A stretch of DNA of 64,000 nucleotides, taken from the NCBI GenBank assembly GCA_963787025.1, contig CAWBBG010000009.1, forward strand, positions 7,765 to 71,764, read 5' to 3'. Below are positions 28,217 to 37,434 of this stretch, in pieces. Position 1 is the first letter of the stretch; every line of letters starts with the position of its first letter. Below the pieces are notes generated by a model. That model made no database searches. It was not told where the DNA came from and saw only the letters and a program-made list of their open reading frames with translations. Source of the DNA: an uncultured Chloroflexia bacterium. Its GTDB lineage: Bacteria > Chloroflexota > Limnocylindria > QHBO01. A program made the translations under genes and the position numbers.

Positions 28217-28678
28217 ATGCCCTGGTTCCCGGTCCTCCTGGCGACCCACATCACCCTGGCGGTCTCGCTGCTGCTTCCGACCCTGCTGCTCCCGTTCCTC
28301 CTGACCGCAGAGGACGGCGGCCCCGGGCCCGCGGAGCACCGCGGACCGGTCGCCCGCTTCCTGCTGACGCTGCAGGGCGGCGGAAGCGTGGTCGTCGCCA
28401 TCGGCCTGGCGCTGACGGGGGCCGGACTGGTGGTGGTCCTGGGCCCGGACCTCCTGCGCCGTCCGTGGCTGCTGACCGCCCTGGGCATCTACGCGGCGAA
28501 CCTCGTCGTGGCGGCATTCGTGTCGCGGCCGAACCTGCGGCGGCTGCTGGGTCGCAACGCGGATCGCGACGCGGCGCGCTGGCAGCGGCGGGCGCGTCGC
28601 CAGCGGCTCATCGCCTACGCGATGGCTGCGGCGACGGGGCTGATCGGCTTCCTGATGAGCGCGAAGCCGGAGTTCTGA
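28217..28678 (+). CDS. Four-helix membrane protein (DUF2269-like)
   Basis: LATH near the N-terminus, four hydrophobic segments, C-terminal FLMSAKPEF. Confidence 0.7.
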   Translation: MPWFPVLLATHITLAVSLLLPTLLLPFLLTAEDGGPGPAEHRGPVARFLLTLQGGGSVVVAIGLALTGAGLVVVLGPDLLRRPWLLTALGIYAANLVVAAFVSRPNLRRLLGRNADRDAARWQRRARRQRLIAYAMAAATGLIGFLMSAKPEF

Positions 28679-28687
28679 GCGGACCGA

Positions 28688-28795
28688 TCAGAACTGCGGA
28701 AACGGCAATGGCCTGCCCAGGACGATGTAGATGCCGACGACGATCAACAGCACCGCCAGGACGAAGACGATCATCCAGCGCAGGACTTCCCACAT
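28688..28795 (-). CDS. 35-aa single-pass membrane protein MWEVLRWMIVFVLAVLLIVVGIYIVLGRPLPFPQF (absent from the ORF track)
   Basis: ATG at 28795, TGA at 28690-28688, GGGAG RBS just upstream, GC3-rich codons, clean TM helix. Confidence 0.75.
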   Translation of the reverse strand: MWEVLRWMIVFVLAVLLIVVGIYIVLGRPLPFPQF

Positions 28796-28938
28796 GACAC
28801 GGCTCCCGAGGTGCGACGGAGTTGGCAGCTCACCCGATGCGTACGGGATGGCCGAATTCTACGAGCCCACGCAACGCGGCGACGCCCGCATCGACGACCC
28901 GCACGCAGCCGCTCCGCCAGCGCCCTAGAATCGCGGGC

Positions 28939-30226
28939 GTGAGCCTCCGACTCTTCGACGTCCGCCGCGGCGAGGCGCTTCCCTTCGAGCCCATCGGTGA
29001 CCGACCGGTCGGCCTCTACGTGTGCGGGGTCACGCCCTACGACACCGGCCACCTGGGGCACGCCTTCACCTACGTCAGCTTCGACGTGCTCCACCGGTAC
29101 CTGGAGTACCTGGGCCATCCGGTGACCTACGTGCAGAACCTGACCGATGTGGATGACGACCTCCTGCGCAAGGCGCGCGAGCTCGGCGAGGACTACCTGG
29201 CCCTGGGCAACCGCCACGTCACCACCTTCCTGACCGAGATGGCCGCGCTCAACTGGCTGCCACCCGACCACTTTCCGCGTGCGACGCGGCACATCCCGCA
29301 GATGCAGGAGCTGATCGCCGCCCTCATCGCGCACGAGCATGCGTACGTCGCCGCCGGCCACGTCTACTACTCGGTCGCCTCGCGCCCGCAGTTCGGGGAG
29401 CTGTCGCATCTCCCGCGCGAGGCGATGCTGCCGATCGCCAACGAGCGCGGCAACGTCCCGGACATGCCGGGCAAGCGAGATCCGCTGGACTTCGTCCTGT
29501 GGCAACCGTCGGCACCGGACGAGCCCTCGTGGCCGTCACCCTGGGGCGAGGGCCGCCCCGGCTGGCACATCGAATGCTCCGCGATGAGCATGGCCTACCT
29601 GGGTCCCCGGTTCGAGCTCCACGGCGGCGGCGGGGACCTGATCTTCCCGCACCACGAGGCGGAGATCGCGCAGTCCGAGGGCGCGAGCCACCGGCGCCCC
29701 TTCGTGCGCTACTGGATGCACGCAGGGATGCTCCGCTATCAGGGCGAGAAGATGTCGAAATCGCTCGGGAACCTGGTCCTCGTCCGCGACCTGCTGACCT
29801 CGTACTCGGGCGACGCGATCCGCCACTACCTCGTCAGCCATCGCTACCGCGAGGAGGTCGACTTCGACCAGGCCGACCTGGATATCTCCGCGGGCCACGT
29901 GGCCCGGCTGCGGAGCGCATGCCGCCTCGCCGAGGAGCTGGAGCCGCTGGCCCCGGCACAAGCCGACCCCGATACCCTGGATCCCGCGGTCGCCGCCCAC
30001 CGGTCCCGGTTCCTGGCCGCCATGGACGACGACCTGGACACGCCGGCCGCCCTCCCCGAGCTGCATGCGCTGGCGACGCTGGCCGGTCCCGCCGCCGCAC
30101 CCGAGCTCGCGGCACAGGCGGGATGGATGGTGCGCGAGCTTGGTGCCCGCATCCTGGGGCTGCGCCTGGCCACGGGGCCGGCCGCGGAACCCGCCGAGCA
30201 CGCCGGAGGGCGCAGCGATCGCATGA
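28939..30226 (+). CDS. MshC-like / short cysteinyl-tRNA-synthetase-family Cys ligase lacking the C-terminal anticodon-binding domain
   Basis: [13 protein letters not shown] (HIGH), [47 protein letters not shown]. Probable stop is the TGA at 30224-30226 after a one-base slip; the track instead reads through to 30765. Confidence 0.85.
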
Positions 30227-30765
30227 GGGAGCCTATCCCCGACGACGAGGTGCCGGTCAGCATCAGGCTGGGCGCGGTGGTGCCGCCGGAGGACCCGGAG
30301 GATTGGACTCGCCCGCTCACCTGGGTCGCGGCGCTCGGCATGCTCGCCGGACCCATCGTGGCCCTCGGATGGTTCTGGTTCGCGCCGCCCACCGCCTCCA
30401 CCGACCCGATCCCGGGGACATGGGCGCTGGCCGCGGCCCTGGTGATCGGTGCGGTGGCCACCGGAAGCACGCAGATCGGCGCCTTCCGGGCCTTCGCGGG
30501 AACGCTGGGATCCGGCCTTTTCGCCGCCCTGGTGACGGTCATCGTGGGCGCGGCGCTCGCCGGGCAGCGACAGGTCGGCACCGCCTCGCCGACGGTGGCC
30601 CACGGCTTCCTGGCGGCCACGGCCGGGCTCGCCGGCGCACTCGCCGCCTCGACCCTGGCTCCGGCCTTTGCGCGCGCTCGGACCCGCGCGCAGCGCATCG
30701 CGGCTCCGGCGGCCATCGGGATCGCGGTGTCGGCGATCGTCCTGCAGCTGCTCTTCAGCCTCTAG
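30223..30765 (+). CDS. Membrane protein (4-5 TM) with an acidic N-terminal PPEDPEDWTRPLTW segment
   Basis: ATG at 30223 in an ATGA context with GGAGG about 12 nt upstream; hydrophobic helices. Confidence 0.7.
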   Translation: MREPIPDDEVPVSIRLGAVVPPEDPEDWTRPLTWVAALGMLAGPIVALGWFWFAPPTASTDPIPGTWALAAALVIGAVATGSTQIGAFRAFAGTLGSGLFAALVTVIVGAALAGQRQVGTASPTVAHGFLAATAGLAGALAASTLAPAFARARTRAQRIAAPAAIGIAVSAIVLQLLFSL

Positions 30766-30793
30766 GTCAGCGGAATGCCACCGCGACCCTTCG

Positions 30794-31342
30794 TCAGGCC
30801 GGAGACTTGCGGCTGAGCCGCTCCGCGAGGCCACCCACGGTCAGGGCCAGGCCCAGGGCAATGATCCCCACCGCACCCACCAGGCGGAAGGTCTCGCCGC
30901 CGAAGGCGGTGGCCAGCGCCAGGTAGGCGATCACCGAGCCGACCGCAACACCGAAGCCGATCCACTTGAAGGCCGGGGCGTCCGCGATCCAGCCGGCCGC
31001 GTACATGCCGATGCCGAAGCTGAAGGGCAGCACGGTCCACAGGGACGACCAGGCGGACCAACGGCCGTCCAGGCTCGTGTACAGCAGGCCTGCGCCCACC
31101 CCGAGCAGCACCGCGCCCGGGATCGCCATTCCGGCGCGCAGGCGGCGATGCTGGCGGCGCCCGATCAGCGCGGGCCCGATGAAGAACAGCGAGAGCACGA
31201 TGAGGAGCACCGGCCAGTAGGCGAGCCAGCGATCACCCGCGCCAAGGCTCCCGAACCAGTCCGCGATCCAGCCCGAGGCGAGGACCAGGATCCCGATGGC
31301 GAGGAGCATCAGCCCGGCGACCAGCTCGATCGTGCGACTCAT
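30794..31342 (-). CDS. Multi-pass membrane protein (LiaF/DUF5668-like)
   Basis: MSRTIELVAGLMLLAIG..., YWPVLLI, W..LWTVLP motifs; about 6 TM segments. Confidence 0.75.
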   Translation of the reverse strand: MSRTIELVAGLMLLAIGILVLASGWIADWFGSLGAGDRWLAYWPVLLIVLSLFFIGPALIGRRQHRRLRAGMAIPGAVLLGVGAGLLYTSLDGRWSAWSSLWTVLPFSFGIGMYAAGWIADAPAFKWIGFGVAVGSVIAYLALATAFGGETFRLVGAVGIIALGLALTVGGLAERLSRKSPA

Positions 31343-31399
31343 GGCCGCGAAGTATAGAAGCCGCGGAGGACGGCACAAACGCAGTAGGCTTTGGCCGCC

Positions 31400-33763
31400 A
31401 TGGAATTTGACTGGCCCAGGCTCCTCCTGCGCCTCCTCGGAACCCGCCTGCCGCGCACGCGCGGCCGCCTGCGCGTCGCCGGACCCGGTGGCCGGATCAC
31501 GATCCGGCGCGACCGCTGGGGCATTCCGCACGTGGAGGCCGGGACGGACGACGACGCCTGGTTCGCGCTCGGCTTCTGCCACGCCCAGGACCGTGGGTTC
31601 CAGCTGGAGCTGCTCCGCCGGGTCGGCTCCGGGACCCTGTCGGCGCTCATCGGCGAGGATGGCATCCCCATCGACCGCATGAGCCGCAGGCTCGGCTTCC
31701 ATCGGAATGCCGAGGCCCAGCTGGCGCACCTGGGAACCGAAGTCCGCGCAGCGCTGGATGCCTACGTCTCCGGGATCAATGCCGGCTTCGCCCACGGCCT
31801 GCGCCGTCCACCACACGAGCTGCGGCTGCTGCGGTCCGAACCGACACCCTGGACCTCCCACGACGTCCTCGCCTTCGTGGGCCTCCAGGCCTTCTCCCTG
31901 GCGAGCAACTGGGACGTCGAGCTCGCCCGGTTCAAGGTGCTCATCACCGATGGTGCCGAGGCGGTCCGGGCCATGGACCCGGCGTACGCCGACTGGCTCC
32001 CGGTCACCTCGCCGCCCGGGACGGCGGCGGCTCCGGTGGTCGATCGCCTGGGGGCCGACCTCGCCGCGCTGCAGGCCATGCTGCCGACCGGCGGTGCATC
32101 GAACAACTGGGCCATCGCCGGATCGCGAACCGCCTCCGGGGCGCCGCTCCTCGCGAACGACCCGCACCTGGCCCCGACGCTTCCCGCGCCGTGGTACCTC
32201 GCGCACCTTCGGACCCCGGAGTGGGAGATCGCAGGAGCCTCATTCGTGGGCGGACCGGCGTTCCCCATCGGGACCAACGGCCACGCCGCATGGGGGATCA
32301 CCGCGGGCCTGACCGACAACTCCGATCTCTTCCTGGAAGAGATCGGGCCGGACGGTGCCTCCGTGCGCGAGGCGGACGGGTTCGTCCCCTGCGAGGTGCG
32401 CGTGGAGCGGATCGAGGTCAAGGGCACGCAGCCGGTCGAGGAGCGGATCCTCGTCACGCGCCGCGGCCCGCTGATGACCGCCATCGTGGAGGAGGAGATT
32501 CCGCAGGCGCTCTCCCTGTCGGCCGTCTGGCTCCGCCCGCTTCCCGTCCGGGGGTTCCTCGACGTGGTGCGGGCGCGCTCGTTCGACGCGTTCCGACGCG
32601 CGTTCGCGGATTGGCCGGGCCCGGCGCTCAACGTGGCATACGCGGACCGTGACGGGCACATCGGCTGGCAGCTGGTGGGCCAGCTCCCCCGCCGCCGATC
32701 GGGGAACGGGACTCTGCCCATGGCGGCCTGGGACCCGTCGGCCGGCTGGGAGGAGACGCTGGTGCCGTTCGAGGAGATGCCCTGCAGCCTCGATCCGGAG
32801 ACCGGCTGGATCGCTTCTGCGAACGCCAAGCCGACCGTCGACGGGGATGGACCGTTTCTCGGCAACGACTACATCGACGGGTACCGGCTGGCTCGCATCG
32901 CCGAGGCGCTCTCCGGGCGGGACGCCTGGGACGTCTCCGCGGCGCAGAGCCTCCAGATGGACGTCGCCGCCATGCCGTGGCGCGAGCTGCGTGATCTGGT
33001 CCTGGCGCTGCCCGTCGACCCGGCCGTCGACGCGGCCGCCGTCCGCGGGCTGGAGATTCTGGCCGCATGGGACGGGCAGGTCGCGGCGAGCTCTCCGGGC
33101 GCATCGGTCTACGAGGGCTTCACGGCCCTGCTCACCCGGCGGCTCGCACAGGCAAAGGCTCCCGGGTCCTGGTCGTGGGCCATCGGCGCAGGCTTCGGGC
33201 AGATCGTGCCGTACACCCTCTTCTCGACCCGGGCCATGAGCCGGCTCGTGCGCCTCCTGCGCGACCCGCCCGCCGACTGGTTCGCCGGCTCAAGCTGGGA
33301 GGAGCAGGCCATCGCGGCACTCGGCGACACGGTGCGTGACCTGGCGGCCGCCCACGGCGACGACCCTGCCGGCTGGGCGTGGGGCCACCTGCGACAGGTG
33401 ACGCTGGCGCATCCCATTGGCGTGCGGCGTCCGCTGGACCGGATCTTCAACCTGGGACCCGTGCCCATGGGCGGTGACAGCAACACGCCGATGCAGGTGT
33501 CGTCGAGCCCGGTCGACCCCTTCGGCCCCGCGGGCGCCCTGGCGAACACGCGCTGCGTCATTGACCTCGGCGATCCGGCCGCCAGCCGTTTCTCGCTCGC
33601 CGGCGGCCAGAGCGGGAATCCCCTGTCACCGCACTACCGGGACCTGTACGAGCTCTGGCTGCGGGGCGACGGCGTCCCGATCGCCTGGAGCGAGGCGGAG
33701 ATCGCTGCGGCGGCCAGGGCCACGCTCGTCCTGGAGCCGGCGGACCCGGCGGCAGACGCCTGA
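31400..33763 (+). CDS. Penicillin acylase family Ntn hydrolase
   Basis: I.RDRWGIPH, LGFCHAQDR.FQLEL.RR, GASNNWAI (N-terminal nucleophile Ser), LLANDPHL, SLAGGQSGNP.SPHY.D. Confidence 0.95.
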   Translation: MEFDWPRLLLRLLGTRLPRTRGRLRVAGPGGRITIRRDRWGIPHVEAGTDDDAWFALGFCHAQDRGFQLELLRRVGSGTLSALIGEDGIPIDRMSRRLGFHRNAEAQLAHLGTEVRAALDAYVSGINAGFAHGLRRPPHELRLLRSEPTPWTSHDVLAFVGLQAFSLASNWDVELARFKVLITDGAEAVRAMDPAYADWLPVTSPPGTAAAPVVDRLGADLAALQAMLPTGGASNNWAIAGSRTASGAPLLANDPHLAPTLPAPWYLAHLRTPEWEIAGASFVGGPAFPIGTNGHAAWGITAGLTDNSDLFLEEIGPDGASVREADGFVPCEVRVERIEVKGTQPVEERILVTRRGPLMTAIVEEEIPQALSLSAVWLRPLPVRGFLDVVRARSFDAFRRAFADWPGPALNVAYADRDGHIGWQLVGQLPRRRSGNGTLPMAAWDPSAGWEETLVPFEEMPCSLDPETGWIASANAKPTVDGDGPFLGNDYIDGYRLARIAEALSGRDAWDVSAAQSLQMDVAAMPWRELRDLVLALPVDPAVDAAAVRGLEILAAWDGQVAASSPGASVYEGFTALLTRRLAQAKAPGSWSWAIGAGFGQIVPYTLFSTRAMSRLVRLLRDPPADWFAGSSWEEQAIAALGDTVRDLAAAHGDDPAGWAWGHLRQVTLAHPIGVRRPLDRIFNLGPVPMGGDSNTPMQVSSSPVDPFGPAGALANTRCVIDLGDPAASRFSLAGGQSGNPLSPHYRDLYELWLRGDGVPIAWSEAEIAAAARATLVLEPADPAADA

Positions 33764-33767
33764 TCCG

Positions 33768-34268
33768 GTGTCACGCCGCGCAGTCTTCCTCCGTCGCTCC
33801 GCCCTCGCGCTGGACAGCGCCCTGGGCGTGGTCCTTGCCGGGCTCGCGGACCTGGCCATCGCCGCCTGGATCGTGTACCTGCAGCATCCGGGGCTCTCGC
33901 TGACGGCGGCCTACCGGCGCGGCCTCGAGCCCTGGACCTCCATGGGCATCGGCGCCGTGATCGGCGGCGCCAGCGTGGCCCTGGCGGTCGGGGTGCTCCT
34001 GGCGCAGGTCGAGGGGAGCTGGATCCGTCGCCTGCTCGGCCTGGCCGTGCTGGCCCTGGGGGCCGCCTGGTGGCTGACCGCGCTCGGCGTGCTCCGCTAC
34101 CCGGGGTTCACCGGCCCGGACCCCATCGGTTTCGCGTACCGCTGGCCGCGCGAGACGCTGATCGCCCTCCTGCTCCCCACCGTCGTCGCCGCGCTGCTGG
34201 TCTTCACCCCGCGGCGCGAACGACCGACCTCTCGGATGGCGCCCGTCCACCCCGACGAGCCCCGCTGA
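33768..34268 (+). CDS. Four-TM membrane protein of unknown function
   Basis: GTG 4 nt after the acylase stop; four hydrophobic helices in the 33417 frame. Confidence 0.65.
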   Translation: MSRRAVFLRRSALALDSALGVVLAGLADLAIAAWIVYLQHPGLSLTAAYRRGLEPWTSMGIGAVIGGASVALAVGVLLAQVEGSWIRRLLGLAVLALGAAWWLTALGVLRYPGFTGPDPIGFAYRWPRETLIALLLPTVVAALLVFTPRRERPTSRMAPVHPDEPR

Positions 34269-34271
34269 CGA

Positions 34272-34293
34272 GGGGGTTCCACCCCGAACCCCC
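34272..34293. terminator. Short hairpin between convergent genes
   Basis: GGGGGTTC-cacccc-GAACCCCC. Confidence 0.45.
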
Positions 34294-34304
34294 GAACGCG
34301 CCGG

Positions 34305-35501
34305 CTACATCTCCCCTTCGAACGGCGGCTGCGGCATGCGCAGCGGACGATCCTTGCGGTAGCCGAGCAGGTAGTCCGCCTGGACGAGGGTGTGGATCTG
34401 GTCCGTTCCCTCGTAGATCACCGAGCCCTTCGAGTTGCGCAGGTAGCGCTCCACCGGGTAGTCGGCGCTGTACCCGTACGCTCCGTGGATCTGGACCGCG
34501 TCGAGTGCGCACTGCACGGCGTGGTCGGTTGCGTACCACTTGGCCAGGCTCGTCTCGCGCGTGTTGCGCTCGCCGGCGTTCTTCTTCCAGCCGGCCTTCC
34601 AGACCAGGAGGCGGCCAGCCTCGATCCCCGCCTGCATGTTGGCGAGCATCTGCTTGACGAGCTGATAGCGCCCGATCTCCTCGCCGAACGCCTTGCGCTC
34701 GTGGGCGTACTTCAGGCTCGCGTCGAGGCAGGCGACCCCGAGGCCAACCGCGCCGGCGGCGACCGTGTAGCGGCCCTGGTCGATGGCGCTCATCGCGATG
34801 GTGAAGCCCTCGCCCTCCTCGCCCACGCGGTTCGCCACCGGAACCTCGCAGTTGTCGAAGTAGAGGATCCCGGTGTTCCCGGCCCGGACCCCCAGCTTGC
34901 CGTGCAGCGAGTCCGACGAGAAGCCGGGGAAGTCGCGCTCGACGATGAAGGCGGTGATCCCCTTGTGGCCCTTGCTCTTGTCGACGGTGGCAAAGACGAG
35001 GAAGTTGTCCGCGACGTCAGCCAGGCTGATCCAGATCTTGCTGCCGTTGAGGATGTACCGATCGCCGTCGCGTCGGGCCGTGGTCGCCAGGTTGGCGGCA
35101 TCCGAGCCGACCCCCGGCTCCGTCAGCCCGAAGGTTGCCAGCTTCTCGCCGCGGGCCTGCGGCACCAGGTAGCGCTGCTTCTGGTCCTCGCTCCCCCATT
35201 GCAGGAGCGTCAGGGAGTTCAGCCCGGTATGCACCGAGTAGACGACCCGGAAGGCGGTATCCGCCCGCTCCATCTCCTCGCAGAGCAGGGCGAAGGCGAT
35301 GTAGTCCATCCCTGCCCCGCCGTACGCCTCGGGGATGGGCAGACCAAGGAAGCCCTCGGCGCCCATCTTCTCGAAGAGCGAACGGTCGTAGGTCGCCGTG
35401 CTGTCCAGCTCGGCGATGCGCGGCAGGATCTCGCGTTCGGCGAAGGCGCGCGCCGTGCGCTGCACCTCGCGTTGCGCATCGGTCAGCGAAAGGTCGATCA
35501 T
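34305..35501 (-). CDS. Acyl-CoA dehydrogenase
   Basis: FGLTEPGVGSD, LNGSKIWIS, KLGVRAGNT, RKAFGEEI, QIHGAYGYS.DYPVERY.R, IYEGT. Confidence 0.95.
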   Translation of the reverse strand: MIDLSLTDAQREVQRTARAFAEREILPRIAELDSTATYDRSLFEKMGAEGFLGLPIPEAYGGAGMDYIAFALLCEEMERADTAFRVVYSVHTGLNSLTLLQWGSEDQKQRYLVPQARGEKLATFGLTEPGVGSDAANLATTARRDGDRYILNGSKIWISLADVADNFLVFATVDKSKGHKGITAFIVERDFPGFSSDSLHGKLGVRAGNTGILYFDNCEVPVANRVGEEGEGFTIAMSAIDQGRYTVAAGAVGLGVACLDASLKYAHERKAFGEEIGRYQLVKQMLANMQAGIEAGRLLVWKAGWKKNAGERNTRETSLAKWYATDHAVQCALDAVQIHGAYGYSADYPVERYLRNSKGSVIYEGTDQIHTLVQADYLLGYRKDRPLRMPQPPFEGEM

Positions 35502-35619
35502 GGAATCTCCAAGCGCGGAGTCGTTACAGTCTCGCTGCGATTCTAGACGTGCCGGGTGGCGACCCGTCGCCGTCACCGCCGCGTACCGCCATTTCCGACC
35601 CGAGTCGGGGGAGTTCGCG

Positions 35620-35648
35620 TTGACGAACGTCCGGCCTCACCGTAGCCT
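35620..35648 (+). promoter_or_regulatory. Sigma70-type promoter upstream of the FTR1 permease
   Basis: TTGACG (35620-35625), 17-bp spacer, TAGCCT (35643-35648). Confidence 0.55.
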
Positions 35649-35728
35649 GATTCGCGCACGCTTCCCGGCCGCGAGGACCCGGGGAACCGCGTCCCCAACC
35701 TCTCACGACCGTCGGGAGACCCACCTTC

Positions 35729-36610
35729 TTGGATCTCGGATCACTCACCACCGGGCTGCTCACCGGGCTGCGCGAAGGCGTCGAGGCCGCGCTCATCATC
35801 AGCGTCATCCTCACCTACCTGGCTCGCACCGGTCACCGCGCCGCGTTCGGCCGGATCTGGGCAGGGGTTGGTTCGGCGATCGCCCTGAGCGCCGCCCTGG
35901 GCGCCATCCTGTGGCTCACCATCCAGGATCTGCCCTCGCCGGCGGAGCAGATCTTCGAGGGAACGACCCTCCTCCTCGCCGCAGCAGTGGTCACCTGGAT
36001 GCTCTTCTGGATGCGGCGCACCGCGGCGAGCGTCAGCCACGAGCTGCGTGCCGCCATCGACCGCTCGCTGACGGGCGGGCGGGTGACCGGGCTGGCCGTC
36101 CTGGCCTTCACGGTGGTCATCCGGGAGGGCATCGAGACGGCGCTCTTCCTGCTGGGGCAGGCGACCGCCGCCTCGCGCGCGGAGGAGGGCGCTGTCTCCG
36201 TGCTGGCCGGCGCCCTCGTGGGGCTGGCGAGTGCCGCGGTCCTGGGGATCGGCTTCTACCGCGGTTCGCGGCGCATCAACCTCCACGCCTTCTTCACCTG
36301 GACCGCGGTGGCCCTCGTGTTCGTGGCCGGCGGCCTGGTCGCCAGCGCGGCGCACGAGTTCATCGAGATCGGCTGGATCTCGTTTGGCACCCACACCGCC
36401 TTTGACATCTCGGCCGTGCTGCCCGACACCGGTGGCGGCCTGGGGGTCGTGGGCCAGTTCCTGCACGCCCTGGTCGGCTACGCGGCCGCCCCCGAATGGA
36501 CGACCCTCGTCGCCTGGCTGGGCTACATCGGCCTGGTGCTGGCGCTCTATCTCCGTCCGGTCCGGCCCGCCGAGGTCATCCGCACCGAGCAGACCGCCTC
36601 GCGCGTCTGA
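35729..36610 (+). CDS. FTR1/EfeU-family iron permease
   Basis: Two RExxE motifs (LREGVEAAL, IREGIETAL), 7 TM, TTG start after GGAGA. Confidence 0.92.
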   Translation: MDLGSLTTGLLTGLREGVEAALIISVILTYLARTGHRAAFGRIWAGVGSAIALSAALGAILWLTIQDLPSPAEQIFEGTTLLLAAAVVTWMLFWMRRTAASVSHELRAAIDRSLTGGRVTGLAVLAFTVVIREGIETALFLLGQATAASRAEEGAVSVLAGALVGLASAAVLGIGFYRGSRRINLHAFFTWTAVALVFVAGGLVASAAHEFIEIGWISFGTHTAFDISAVLPDTGGGLGVVGQFLHALVGYAAAPEWTTLVAWLGYIGLVLALYLRPVRPAEVIRTEQTASRV

Positions 36611-36634
36611 TCGTCCACGGCCGCCGCGGCGAGA

Positions 36635-37408
36635 TCAGGACTCCGCGTGGACGTCCATGAAGTCGAGCATCCTGCGCCACGCGTCGGACGATGCGTCGGC
36701 GAACTCAACCGCGCGGCGGTCGAAGAAGGAGTGCGGAGCTCCCTCGTACGCCACCGTCACGTGCGTCTTCCCCGCGGCGTCCATGGCCGCATCGAACGCG
36801 TCGCGCGCCTCCGCCGGGATCGCCTGGTCGGCGCCGCCCCACAGGGCGAGCACGCTGCAGGAGAACCGGGGCGCCATCTCCGCGGGAGACGCCAGGCCGG
36901 TCCGATGCTCCCCCACCGGCCAGCCGTAGAAGCCGATGACCCCGGCAAGGTCGAGCTCCGGCCGCGCCGCCTGCAGGTAGCTGATCCTTCCGCCGAAGCA
37001 GAAGCCAACCGTGAAGAGGCGGCTGACCGCACCGCCGTCGGGGGTCCGCAGGTAGGCGGCGGCAGCGGCCACATCCTGGTAGAGCGTGTCCGGCCGCGTG
37101 AGGGCGACCTGTGGCTGGTAGTCGAAGTCTCCCCCACGCTTGCCGGTTCCGGCGGTCCGGCTGAAGTAATCGAAGACGACGGCGTCGACGCCCGCTTCGG
37201 CAAAGCGCAGCGCCAGCTCCTCGTAGTACGGCACCAGGCCGCGCACGTCCGGACAGATGACGATCCCTGCGCCGGACGGCTTGGATGCGCGCGCGCCGTA
37301 GGCGGCGACGTGCGTGCCGTCCTGCGCGGTCAGCGTCAGGTCGCGAGCGTCGAGCGCGGCACCCTGGATGGGAGGGAGGGGCGGACGGGCATCGATGTCA
37401 AAACACAT
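36635..37408 (-). CDS. Dienelactone hydrolase family protein
   Basis: PDVRGL, GFCFGG nucleophile motif, GGADQAIP, YEGAPHSFFD. Confidence 0.92.
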   Translation of the reverse strand: MCFDIDARPPLPPIQGAALDARDLTLTAQDGTHVAAYGARASKPSGAGIVICPDVRGLVPYYEELALRFAEAGVDAVVFDYFSRTAGTGKRGGDFDYQPQVALTRPDTLYQDVAAAAAYLRTPDGGAVSRLFTVGFCFGGRISYLQAARPELDLAGVIGFYGWPVGEHRTGLASPAEMAPRFSCSVLALWGGADQAIPAEARDAFDAAMDAAGKTHVTVAYEGAPHSFFDRRAVEFADASSDAWRRMLDFMDVHAES

Positions 37409-37434
37409 GCCCCGATTCTACGGCCGCCGGCGTG

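Noticed and set aside
28822-28938. N-terminal extension of the 647-aa ORF
   Set aside because: Low-complexity sequence before the first conserved strand; GTG at 28939 fits family N-termini
35604-35725. yybP-ykoY (Mn) riboswitch suggested by GGGGAG...GAGACC ends
   Set aside because: The conserved CGUCA-x-UAC-type loop is absent and a good sigma70 promoter lies inside the span
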